Shown here in pieces: positions 1 through 7,460 of a stretch of 64,000 nt of DNA. Both the position numbers and the translations under genes were made by a program. The stretch comes from Patescibacteria group bacterium (GTDB lineage Bacteria; Patescibacteriota; CPR2; UBA1875; CAIMLA01). The notes beneath the pieces were generated by a model. That model ran no database searches. It was not told the origin of the DNA and was given only the letters and a program-made list of their open reading frames with translations. The DNA lies in NCBI GenBank assembly GCA_041738615.1, contig JBGSPL010000002.1, forward strand, positions 10,654-74,653, in the 5' to 3' direction. Within the stretch, counting starts at the first letter, position 1. Every line of letters starts with the position of its first letter.

Positions 1-5
1 AGCCG

Positions 6-527
6 ATGATCGTGGAAAACGCAGGAGTGATCATCATCGCCCAGATGGGCGACAAGGTCGCACTCGTGCGCAACTTCCGCATGATCGGTCCTCGCCTGTT
101 ACCTGACGCCGGCGCGAGCTACATCAAGAAGCTCAACGAGACGAAGTCCTGGAGCAAGCTCCTCGACTCTCTCGGCCGTTGGAGCATCGAATGCCCCCGC
201 GGGCTGGCTCCTGGTAACGGCGAGGAAGACATGGAAGCCTTCCTCATCCGTACGGCCAAGCTCGAGGTTCTCGAAGAGGCTGGTCTGACGATCAAGAACG
301 CTAAGGTCGTCGGCAACCTCAACGCGAACACCACCTTTTTCGCTCACGCGCAAATGGTGGTACTCGCCGAGATCATCTCCATTGGTGAGGCAAACCCCGA
401 AGATCTGGAGATCATCGGTGGCGTCGACCTCTACACGATGGCGGAGCTCCGCGAGCTCAACGACTCGGGCGAGTTCACGGACGGCCTTACCTTGGCCGCG
501 CTCGCGCTCTGCGGGATGCACATCTAG
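6..527 (+). CDS. NUDIX hydrolase (ADP-ribose pyrophosphatase-like), lies in a ~60% GC islet
   Basis: Translation contains a Nudix-box-like segment (EDMEAFLIRTAKLEVLEEAGL). GC is far above the window average. A hairpin terminator follows. Confidence 0.55.
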   Translation: MIVENAGVIIIAQMGDKVALVRNFRMIGPRLLPDAGASYIKKLNETKSWSKLLDSLGRWSIECPRGLAPGNGEEDMEAFLIRTAKLEVLEEAGLTIKNAKVVGNLNANTTFFAHAQMVVLAEIISIGEANPEDLEIIGGVDLYTMAELRELNDSGEFTDGLTLAALALCGMHI

Positions 528-555
528 CCCGCCGGGGCTTCGCAAGAAGTCTCAA

Positions 556-600
556 AAACCAAGAAGCCCCTGATCGCATTTGCGGCCAGGGGCTTTCTCG
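556..600. terminator. Bidirectional rho-independent terminator between Nudix (+) and galU (-)
   Basis: AGCCCCTG...CAGGGGCT inverted repeat followed by a T-rich tract. Confidence 0.5.
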
Positions 601-614
601 TTATTTAGAATTAG

Positions 615-1478
615 TTATTTGATAGTTCCCAGATACTCCCTAAAATCAGCGCCCAACTTCTTGTGGGTAAGGGCCATATGTACCGTCGCCTTAAGAAACC
701 CTAGCTTATCTCCCGTATCAAAACGCTCATCGGTGAGTTTATAAGCGTACATCCCGTCATTTTTGATTAGCTCTAAGATACCATCGGTTAATTGAATTTC
801 ATCCCCTGCACCCGGCTTCGTCTCCTCGAGATAGTTGAATATCTCTGGCTTCAGGACATAGCGTCCGATAACAGCATAGTTTGATGGAGCGTCTGCCTTT
901 GCGGGTTTTTCAATAATACCTTTGAGCGCGAAGGAATCCTCTTCGCTCCCGTCGATTGGATCCACAATTCCATACGAAGAGACCTTGTCTTCTGGAATTT
1001 CCTCAGTCAGAATTACTGACTTACCGCTTCTCTCAAAGACTTCAATCATCTGGCCGATACATGGTTTGGACCCAACCACCAGGTCGTCTGGCAATATCAC
1101 TGCAAATGGCTCGTCGCCGATAAAGTCCTTGGCGCGGAGAACAGCGTGGCCAAGCCCTAACGGCTCCTTTTGCCTAATATATACGATATTCGCCATATCC
1201 GAGATGCTCTTTACCTCTGCGAGCACGTCAAGCTTGCCCTTGAGTTCCAGAGTGTGTTCGAGTTCATATGAGTGATCAAAGTAGTCTTCAATCGAATTCT
1301 TGCCGCGACCGGTAATGATAATGATATCGGTAATCCCCGACTTTACCGCCTCTTCTACAGCATAGTGAATCGCGGGACGGTCTATTATCGGTAGCATTTC
1401 CTTAGGCATCGACTTGGTCGCTGGTAAAAATCTAGTTCCAAAACCCGCGGCGGGAATTACTGCCTTACGAACTTTCAA
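615..1478 (-). CDS. galU: UTP--glucose-1-phosphate uridylyltransferase
   Basis: N-terminal AIPAAGFGTRFLPATKSMPKEMLPI and overall length are typical of GalU. Confidence 0.9.
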   Translation of the reverse strand: MKVRKAVIPAAGFGTRFLPATKSMPKEMLPIIDRPAIHYAVEEAVKSGITDIIIITGRGKNSIEDYFDHSYELEHTLELKGKLDVLAEVKSISDMANIVYIRQKEPLGLGHAVLRAKDFIGDEPFAVILPDDLVVGSKPCIGQMIEVFERSGKSVILTEEIPEDKVSSYGIVDPIDGSEEDSFALKGIIEKPAKADAPSNYAVIGRYVLKPEIFNYLEETKPGAGDEIQLTDGILELIKNDGMYAYKLTDERFDTGDKLGFLKATVHMALTHKKLGADFREYLGTIK

Positions 1479-1480
1479 TG

Positions 1481-1945
1481 CTATTCTCCTGATTTAGGCT
1501 TAATAATCAACACGCGTTCTTTACCGACTCCCGTGGAGTCAGACGTCAGGCCTTCTCTGTCAGCGATACTGTGCACTAGCCGTCTCTCGTATGAGTTTAG
1601 TCCGGTGAGACGCTCCGGGAAGCCGCTGGTCTGCACCTTTTTGATGGCCTCCAGGGCCATGGACTCGGTACGGGCGTCCTTATTCTTCATATAATCACCG
1701 GCGTCGATGCGAAGCACAAAATCCTTGTCAACCTGGTGCCTTACCATAATCCCAAGGATGTAGGAGAAATCTGCCAGTGTTTCGCCGTGAAAACCGATAA
1801 TAATAGAGGTATCATCGCCAACCAGCTTTATCCTCACGGCCTCCGTGTCGGCGCTAACCTCCGGGTGCAAAGAGAGCTTCATCCCTCGTAGTAGATCTAC
1901 AGTGATGTCTTCAATTCTTTTCAGATCGCCGTGTGTTACTGCCAT
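1481..1945 (-). CDS. jag: KH/R3H RNA-binding protein Jag/KhpB-like (short form)
   Basis: C-terminal R3H motif (YERRLVHSIADREGL). Sits immediately downstream of yidC, as in yidC-jag operons. Confidence 0.75.
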   Translation of the reverse strand: MAVTHGDLKRIEDITVDLLRGMKLSLHPEVSADTEAVRIKLVGDDTSIIIGFHGETLADFSYILGIMVRHQVDKDFVLRIDAGDYMKNKDARTESMALEAIKKVQTSGFPERLTGLNSYERRLVHSIADREGLTSDSTGVGKERVLIIKPKSGE

Positions 1946-1947
1946 GG

Positions 1948-2799
1948 CTACTTCTTTTTCTTCGCTGGTTTCTTTGATTTAGCGTCTTCGGCCGCAACCT
2001 CAATCGCTGCCTCTTTATCCAGCTCGACAACATCTTCTCGCATCGAAAGCCATTGTTGCAAGTAGGCAACCGCTGTGGTCACTGTCCAATATAGAGGCAA
2101 AGCCGCCGGCCAGATAAGTCCAATATATAAAATCATTAGGGGCATCATATACGAGAGCATGCCCAACGTTTGCGCACTCTGATTGTTCTTTTGATCCTTT
2201 GGTACCATAAGTCGCATCTGGAAGAACTGAGCCACCGCTGCTACGACTGCGAAAATGATTTCCTTGTTGATTACCAGTGGGCTTGTACTAACGAGTGCCT
2301 TTTGTGAGAGGTCAAAGAATCCCATAAAATGGGTATTGAACGTTCCGGCAAGCGCACTTTTTACAAAGGCGAGGCTATCGACCCAGCCATAGAGGTAATG
2401 CCAAATACCAGCATCCTTGTTGATAAGGTTTACGAATGCAGGCTCGCTGAATTTGATGATTGAATAATAGAGTGCAATCATTAGTGGCAACTGAATCAGT
2501 GAAGGCAAACAAGAAGAAAGCGGGTTGACCTCTTTTTCTTTATAAAGCTCCAGTGTCATCGCCTGCACCTTTTGTGGATCGTTCTTGTATTTTTCGCTGA
2601 TTTTTTTGATCTCTGGCTGCAGTGCTGTCAGGGCCTTCTGGTTTTTCATCGTCGTTGCCTGTAGCGGCCACAGGACGGCCCTAATCAGCAAGGTAAGAAG
2701 GATTATGGCGATACCAAAGTCGTGGAACGGAATAATACTATAGAGAAGGACTAAAACATTCACTAGGGGCTGAATAAGGATTGTTTCAAAAATGTTCAT
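1948..2799 (-). CDS. yidC: Membrane protein insertase YidC/Oxa1 family
   Basis: Multi-TM protein with the conserved YidC core (LLTLLIRAVLWPL...). Divergent from dnaA. Confidence 0.9.
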   Translation of the reverse strand: MNIFETILIQPLVNVLVLLYSIIPFHDFGIAIILLTLLIRAVLWPLQATTMKNQKALTALQPEIKKISEKYKNDPQKVQAMTLELYKEKEVNPLSSCLPSLIQLPLMIALYYSIIKFSEPAFVNLINKDAGIWHYLYGWVDSLAFVKSALAGTFNTHFMGFFDLSQKALVSTSPLVINKEIIFAVVAAVAQFFQMRLMVPKDQKNNQSAQTLGMLSYMMPLMILYIGLIWPAALPLYWTVTTAVAYLQQWLSMREDVVELDKEAAIEVAAEDAKSKKPAKKKK

Positions 2800-2893
2800 A
2801 TATTTCTTTCTACATTACACTACATCAGTGACCATTTTAGCACAGAATCTCGTCTCGGTTAAGTACCCCCGGCGAGGGCACGCAAACCCTGTC

Positions 2894-2935
2894 TTATCCC
2901 CCTAAATGTGGATAAGATAAAGGGGTTGTGGAAAA
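2894..2935. promoter_or_regulatory. DnaA-box cluster upstream of dnaA
   Basis: TGTGGATAA at 2907-2915 is a perfect reverse-complement of TTATCCACA. TGTGGAAAA at 2927-2935 has one mismatch. TTATCCCCC lies at 2894-2902. A TATAAT follows at about 2949. Confidence 0.6.
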
Positions 2936-3007
2936 CTATTTTTAGTACTATAATGAGCACAGATTTGACTAAATACGGGGTCTTGGGCGGCCCAAAAGAG
3001 GTGGAAA

Positions 3008-4378
3008 TTGGAAAAAGAACAGGTCTGGAAATCAGTCCTTGGCGAGCTTGAGGTTTCTCTCTCAAAAGCTAACTTTACAACCTGGTTCAAAAACACTCAG
3101 ATTGTGGCAATCACAGAGACGAGTGCCGTTGTTGGTGTTCCCAACGTTTTCACCAAGGAGTGGCTAGAAAAGAAGTACCATCCGCAGATTCTAGAGGCAA
3201 TCCGCAGCTCAGCGCCTGGGATTACCATAATTGAATACAAAGTGGGTTCTCTAAAGACCCTCGAGAAGGAAGTTGCTAAGGAACAGCCAGTTGTTGTACC
3301 GACCGTAGAGACAACCCCCACATACCAGCCACTCGCCGATAATAATGCCGTTGGCTCAAGCGGAATGAACCCACGCTACACGCTGGATACTTTCGTGGTT
3401 GGCTCTTCAAACAAGCTGGCCTTTGCTGCCTGCCAGAGTGTCGCAGAAAACCCAGGAACCAAATACAACCCTCTCTTTATCTATGGTGGTGTTGGCTTGG
3501 GAAAAACTCACCTGATGCAGGCAGTCGGAAACGCCATTCTAAAGGCGAACCCAAAGAAAAAGGTGGTTTACGTTACTAGCGAGAAGTTCACAAATGACTT
3601 CATCTCTTCTATTACCGACAAAAAAGTTGGCGGCTTCAAAGACAAGTATCGAAAAGTAGATGTTCTGATTGTTGACGACTTGCAGTTTCTCGCCAACAAG
3701 GAACAGACACAGGAAGAATTTTTTCATACTTTTAACGCTCTCCATCAGGCAAATAAGCAGATTATCCTTGCTAGCGACCGCCCACCGAAAGCAATACCTA
3801 CCTTGGAAGAAAGGCTACGTTCACGTTTCGAATGGGGGCTAATGGTGGACATCCAACCGCCTGATCTCGAAACTAGAATCGCAATCCTCCAACGCAAAAG
3901 CCAGGGCCGGGGCTACATAGTCCCACTAGATGTTCTCGACTACATCGCTCGCAATATCCAAAACAATATCCGAGAACTCGAGGGGGCGCTGAACCGCATT
4001 CTTGCATACTGCGAACTAAACGCCGGCGAACCGACACTAGAAGTGACCAAGTCCATCCTCAGCAACCTGATCGCGGGGGCCCGAAGGCGCGGCTTTACTG
4101 CGAGACAAATTGTCGAGAAAGTAGCAGCGTTCTACGACTTGTCGGTAAACGAAGTGTTGGGGTCAAAGAGAGACAAAGAAATTGTCTTCCCCCGCCAGAT
4201 TGCAATGTATCTGATGCGAGAAGAATTGCAACTTTCTTACCCAAAGATTGCTCGCGAGCTAGGCAAGAAGGATCACACTACAGCCATCCATTCGTGTGAC
4301 AAGATCGAAAAGGAACTCGACCATAACGAAGTTCTGCGGCACGAAATCGGTTTAATCAAAGAGCGTCTCTATGGTTAA
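3008..4378 (+). CDS. dnaA: Chromosomal replication initiator DnaA
   Basis: AAA+ Walker A GGVGLGKTHL; C-terminal DNA-binding domain (HTTAIHSCDKIE). TTG start with a GAGGTG SD. Confidence 0.95.
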   Translation: MEKEQVWKSVLGELEVSLSKANFTTWFKNTQIVAITETSAVVGVPNVFTKEWLEKKYHPQILEAIRSSAPGITIIEYKVGSLKTLEKEVAKEQPVVVPTVETTPTYQPLADNNAVGSSGMNPRYTLDTFVVGSSNKLAFAACQSVAENPGTKYNPLFIYGGVGLGKTHLMQAVGNAILKANPKKKVVYVTSEKFTNDFISSITDKKVGGFKDKYRKVDVLIVDDLQFLANKEQTQEEFFHTFNALHQANKQIILASDRPPKAIPTLEERLRSRFEWGLMVDIQPPDLETRIAILQRKSQGRGYIVPLDVLDYIARNIQNNIRELEGALNRILAYCELNAGEPTLEVTKSILSNLIAGARRRGFTARQIVEKVAAFYDLSVNEVLGSKRDKEIVFPRQIAMYLMREELQLSYPKIARELGKKDHTTAIHSCDKIEKELDHNEVLRHEIGLIKERLYG

Positions 4379-4650
4379 ACTGTGGATAAGCCTGTGCAGA
4401 ACCCCAGTATTCAGTGGAAAAGGTTGCGACAATAAAAAGTATAAATTATGCTCACTAAACATGGTCCAGAAAGTTAGAAACAGTTTTTGCAAGAACCTTA
4501 CCCCCTGTTGTACAGCCCCAAAACTGTAAGATGGTTACAAAGATAAGCACAAAAAGCGGCTTATACGCAGAATACACAGCCCCTATTACTACGATTACTA
4601 ATATATAAATAAGAAATTATATACACGAGCCTGTGGAAAGGGAAAACAAA
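4379..4650. promoter_or_regulatory. Candidate oriC (dnaA-dnaN intergenic): DnaA box plus AT-rich unwinding element
   Basis: Perfect TGTGGATAA at 4381-4389. A degenerate TGTGGAAAG lies at about 4614. An AT-rich stretch runs 4588-4620 (ttactaatatataaataagaaattatata). Confidence 0.5.
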
Positions 4651-5748
4651 ATGAAAGCATCAATACTCAGAGAGAATCTCGCTAAGGCACTATCCGTTTG
4701 CGGAAGAGTGGTAACCACTAGAGGAAGTCTAGAAATTCTTAGTAATGTTATGATCAGTACAGAATCTGGAAGAATGAAGATCTCGGCTACCAACCTAGAG
4801 GTCGGAGTGAACTATTGGGTTGGCGCAAAAGTAGAGAACGAAGGGGCGATTACTGTTCCTGCGAGACTAATCACTGACGTGGTGAGCTCCCTCAACTCGG
4901 AAAAAGTCTCCTTGGAATTAGAGGAGATGACCTTACACGTAAACTCCGATACGGACAAACTCTCGATAAAAGGCATCTCTATTGATGAATTTCCACTAAT
5001 CCCAAGCATAGAGACTACAGCTTTCAAGATTTCTGCGAAAGTACTTCGTGAAGCCCTCTCACAGGTTACATTTGCTGCGGCCCTAGATGAGGCAAGGCCA
5101 GTTCTCTCTGGAGTCTACTTCTTGGTAGACGGCGATAGCCTGACGCTTGCAGCCACTGACAGCTATAGATTGGCCGAGCGAGTGATTAAGCTAGAGAAGA
5201 AGGTTGCCGATAAGGTAGAGGTGATTATCCCTGCGCGTGCCCTTATAGAGCTAGCGAGAACCCTCGCTGACATTACCGGTGACATCAAAGTGTGCGTAAA
5301 CGATAATCAGGTCTTATTTGCAGCAGACGAAGTCGAGTTTACATCTCGCCTCATAGACGGGAATTTTCCGAATTATAAACAGATTATCCCAGAAGGGAAT
5401 GACACTAAAGCGGTTGTGGGAGTCTCGGCGCTCGCAGGTGTGCTCAAGGTGGCGAGTCTCTTTGCTCGAGAGAACGCGAATAGTGTAAATATCTTTGTTC
5501 GTTCCAAGGGGAAAATTGAAGTCAGTGCCACGAGTTCCCAAGTTGGTGACAGCTCGTCTACAATTGATGCACAGGTTGAGGGGAAAGATGGGGATATCTC
5601 CTTCAACGGAAAATATATTCTAGACGTGCTCTCAAATATCAAAGAAGAGAATGTAGAATTCGAAATTAGCGGCAAGTTGAATCCAGGGGTAATCCGTCTC
5701 GAGGGGAAAAAGGACTACACTTACATCATTATGCCACTACGCTCTTAG
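4651..5748 (+). CDS. dnaN: DNA polymerase III beta sliding clamp
   Basis: Classic position after dnaA; three-domain length. An ATG at 4651 is preferred over the upstream GTG at 4633. Confidence 0.9.
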   Translation: MKASILRENLAKALSVCGRVVTTRGSLEILSNVMISTESGRMKISATNLEVGVNYWVGAKVENEGAITVPARLITDVVSSLNSEKVSLELEEMTLHVNSDTDKLSIKGISIDEFPLIPSIETTAFKISAKVLREALSQVTFAAALDEARPVLSGVYFLVDGDSLTLAATDSYRLAERVIKLEKKVADKVEVIIPARALIELARTLADITGDIKVCVNDNQVLFAADEVEFTSRLIDGNFPNYKQIIPEGNDTKAVVGVSALAGVLKVASLFARENANSVNIFVRSKGKIEVSATSSQVGDSSSTIDAQVEGKDGDISFNGKYILDVLSNIKEENVEFEISGKLNPGVIRLEGKKDYTYIIMPLRS

Positions 5749-5764
5749 GGGAATACAGCGGAAA

Positions 5765-6844
5765 ATGCTGATTACAAAGTTACAACTTCAGAATTGGCGT
5801 AACCACGGCAAATTTAGTTTTGAGTTTGACGGGATTACGGTTCTTGTAGGCCCCAATGCTACAGGCAAGACAAACTTCCTAGAGGCGATTTATTACTTGG
5901 CCACAGGCAAGAGTTTTCGGGCTAAGGATGAAAGCCTCATCGGTTGGGATGAGCAATTTTCGCGAATCGAGGCGGATATTCAGAGAGAAGAAGGCTCAGA
6001 AAATCTACTGGTGGTGCTCGAAAATCAAGGGAGAACAGTAAAAACAGTGAAAATCAAAGAGCAAAAGGTGGCCTCGGCGAAGCTTTTGGGGCACCTGGGA
6101 GCCGTCCTTTTTACTCCTGAAGAGATTGAGCTTATTTCCACGCTGCCCGAGGCGCGCAGGCGCTACTTAAATATGATTATTAGCCAATCTGATCGGAAAT
6201 ATTCGTACTCGCTGATTCACTTTCGCCGTACTCTAGAGCAGCGCAATTCTCTCCTCAGGAGGATCTTCAACGGTGAGGCCAAGGAAGACGAGCTCGAGAT
6301 TTGGGATGGGCGGTTTGCTGAGTATAGCGAGCAGATTATTGCCGCGCGAGCTGGCTATGTGTCAGAGATCAACAAACACCTTACTGTACACTACCAAAGA
6401 CTCGCGGGGAATAAGCAGAAGCTGGAGCTTTTGTACATCCCAAGCATTGAGCCTACGCAGGGTTGGGCTGGCATCGTCACTAGGCTTACACAGAGCCGCC
6501 CCAGGGACATTTTGGCCCGAGTTACGACCATCGGCCCGCATCGTGATGATATGGGCTTCACACTCGACGGTAGGAACTTGCTGACTTTTGCCTCGCGCGG
6601 CGAGCTGAGGACTGTGATGTTGGCTCTAAAACTCGCAGAGGTAGATTTTCTGGAAAGCATCATGGGAGAACGCCCGGTGTTGTTACTCGATGACGTATTT
6701 AGTGAGCTCGACGAGAAGCGCCGAGATCTTCTCTCACAGGTATTCACCGAGCAGCAGACAATCATCACCACCACCGACCTAGATCATGTAAGCAAAAACA
6801 TTCTCGATAAAGCAAAGGTGATAAACTTGGGTTATGACAAATAA
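5765..6844 (+). CDS. recF: DNA replication and repair protein RecF
   Basis: Walker A GPNATGKTN, SMC-like signature, C-terminal LLLDDVFSELD. Confidence 0.9.
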   Translation: MLITKLQLQNWRNHGKFSFEFDGITVLVGPNATGKTNFLEAIYYLATGKSFRAKDESLIGWDEQFSRIEADIQREEGSENLLVVLENQGRTVKTVKIKEQKVASAKLLGHLGAVLFTPEEIELISTLPEARRRYLNMIISQSDRKYSYSLIHFRRTLEQRNSLLRRIFNGEAKEDELEIWDGRFAEYSEQIIAARAGYVSEINKHLTVHYQRLAGNKQKLELLYIPSIEPTQGWAGIVTRLTQSRPRDILARVTTIGPHRDDMGFTLDGRNLLTFASRGELRTVMLALKLAEVDFLESIMGERPVLLLDDVFSELDEKRRDLLSQVFTEQQTIITTTDLDHVSKNILDKAKVINLGYDK

Positions 6845-7112
6845 CATTTTCAAAAATAGGTTGGACCAGCTCGGCATCGGCCGGCAAGTGGACGCTGCCG
6901 TTATTGTGGCACGGTCACAAAAGATCATTCATGACCATTTTGGAGCTCATGGTGATAACAATCTACGGGCTGTCTCTTACAGAAACGGCGTTTTAAAGAT
7001 AGCAAGTAGTTCAAGCGCATGGTCAGCGGAATGTCGCGGTGCTTTATTAGAAATACAAAAACCGCCTGTGACCCGAGTGGTATTTACTTTTGCTAACACA
7101 CCAGAGGAGTAG
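6834..7112 (+). CDS. dciA: DUF721/DciA-like protein (putative replicative helicase loader)
   Basis: Small ORF directly after recF, as Rv0004 is in the Mycobacterium dnaA-dnaN-recF-Rv0004 locus. Carries a SSSAWSAE motif typical of DUF721. Confidence 0.55.
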   Translation: MTNNIFKNRLDQLGIGRQVDAAVIVARSQKIIHDHFGAHGDNNLRAVSYRNGVLKIASSSSAWSAECRGALLEIQKPPVTRVVFTFANTPEE

Positions 7113-7460
7113 CTATTCGGTAGTTAGGTCAGGATCGGAGGAGTCGTCATAATCGGGTGCAAAAATAACCGTTACTTCGGTGGTTTGGTCTTTAGAAACC
7201 ACTACTGCTTGAGAAGAAGCGGCTGCATCACTATCTTTTGCCTTTGCGGTTAATCGGTATTCACCCGGCTTAAGGGTAATTTCTTTGGCTGAACTAAGTT
7301 CTTTGTCTTTGCCGTCTATTTGCACGGTTTGGATATCAGTTGGTGATGAAACCTTAATTTTGCCCGTTGGGTTTAAGACAACCCAAATAAACGTACCGAT
7401 AATAATCAGCAGTGTTAGGGAGCTAAAAACAGCTATTTGTATAAGGGTTTTTCTATTCAT
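7113..7460 (-). CDS. Small membrane-anchored hypothetical protein (distal gene of the T4SS locus)
   Basis: N-terminal TM helix, then a soluble Ser/Asp-rich domain. Confidence 0.35.
   Translation of the reverse strand: MNRKTLIQIAVFSSLTLLIIIGTFIWVVLNPTGKIKVSSPTDIQTVQIDGKDKELSSAKEITLKPGEYRLTAKAKDSDAAASSQAVVVSKDQTTEVTVIFAPDYDDSSDPDLTTE

Noticed and set aside
99-545. Long minus-strand ORFs (148 aa and 71 aa) overlapping the Nudix gene
   Set aside because: High-GC regions give long antisense ORFs. The plus-strand ORF has a Nudix box and the minus ones have no motifs.
2800-3007. Looked for rpmH (L34) / rnpA between yidC and dnaA
   Set aside because: The only small ORFs there (2859..3065, 2902..3096, minus strand) do not resemble L34 (no K/R-rich 44-aa peptide). 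The region is better explained as DnaA boxes plus the dnaA promoter.
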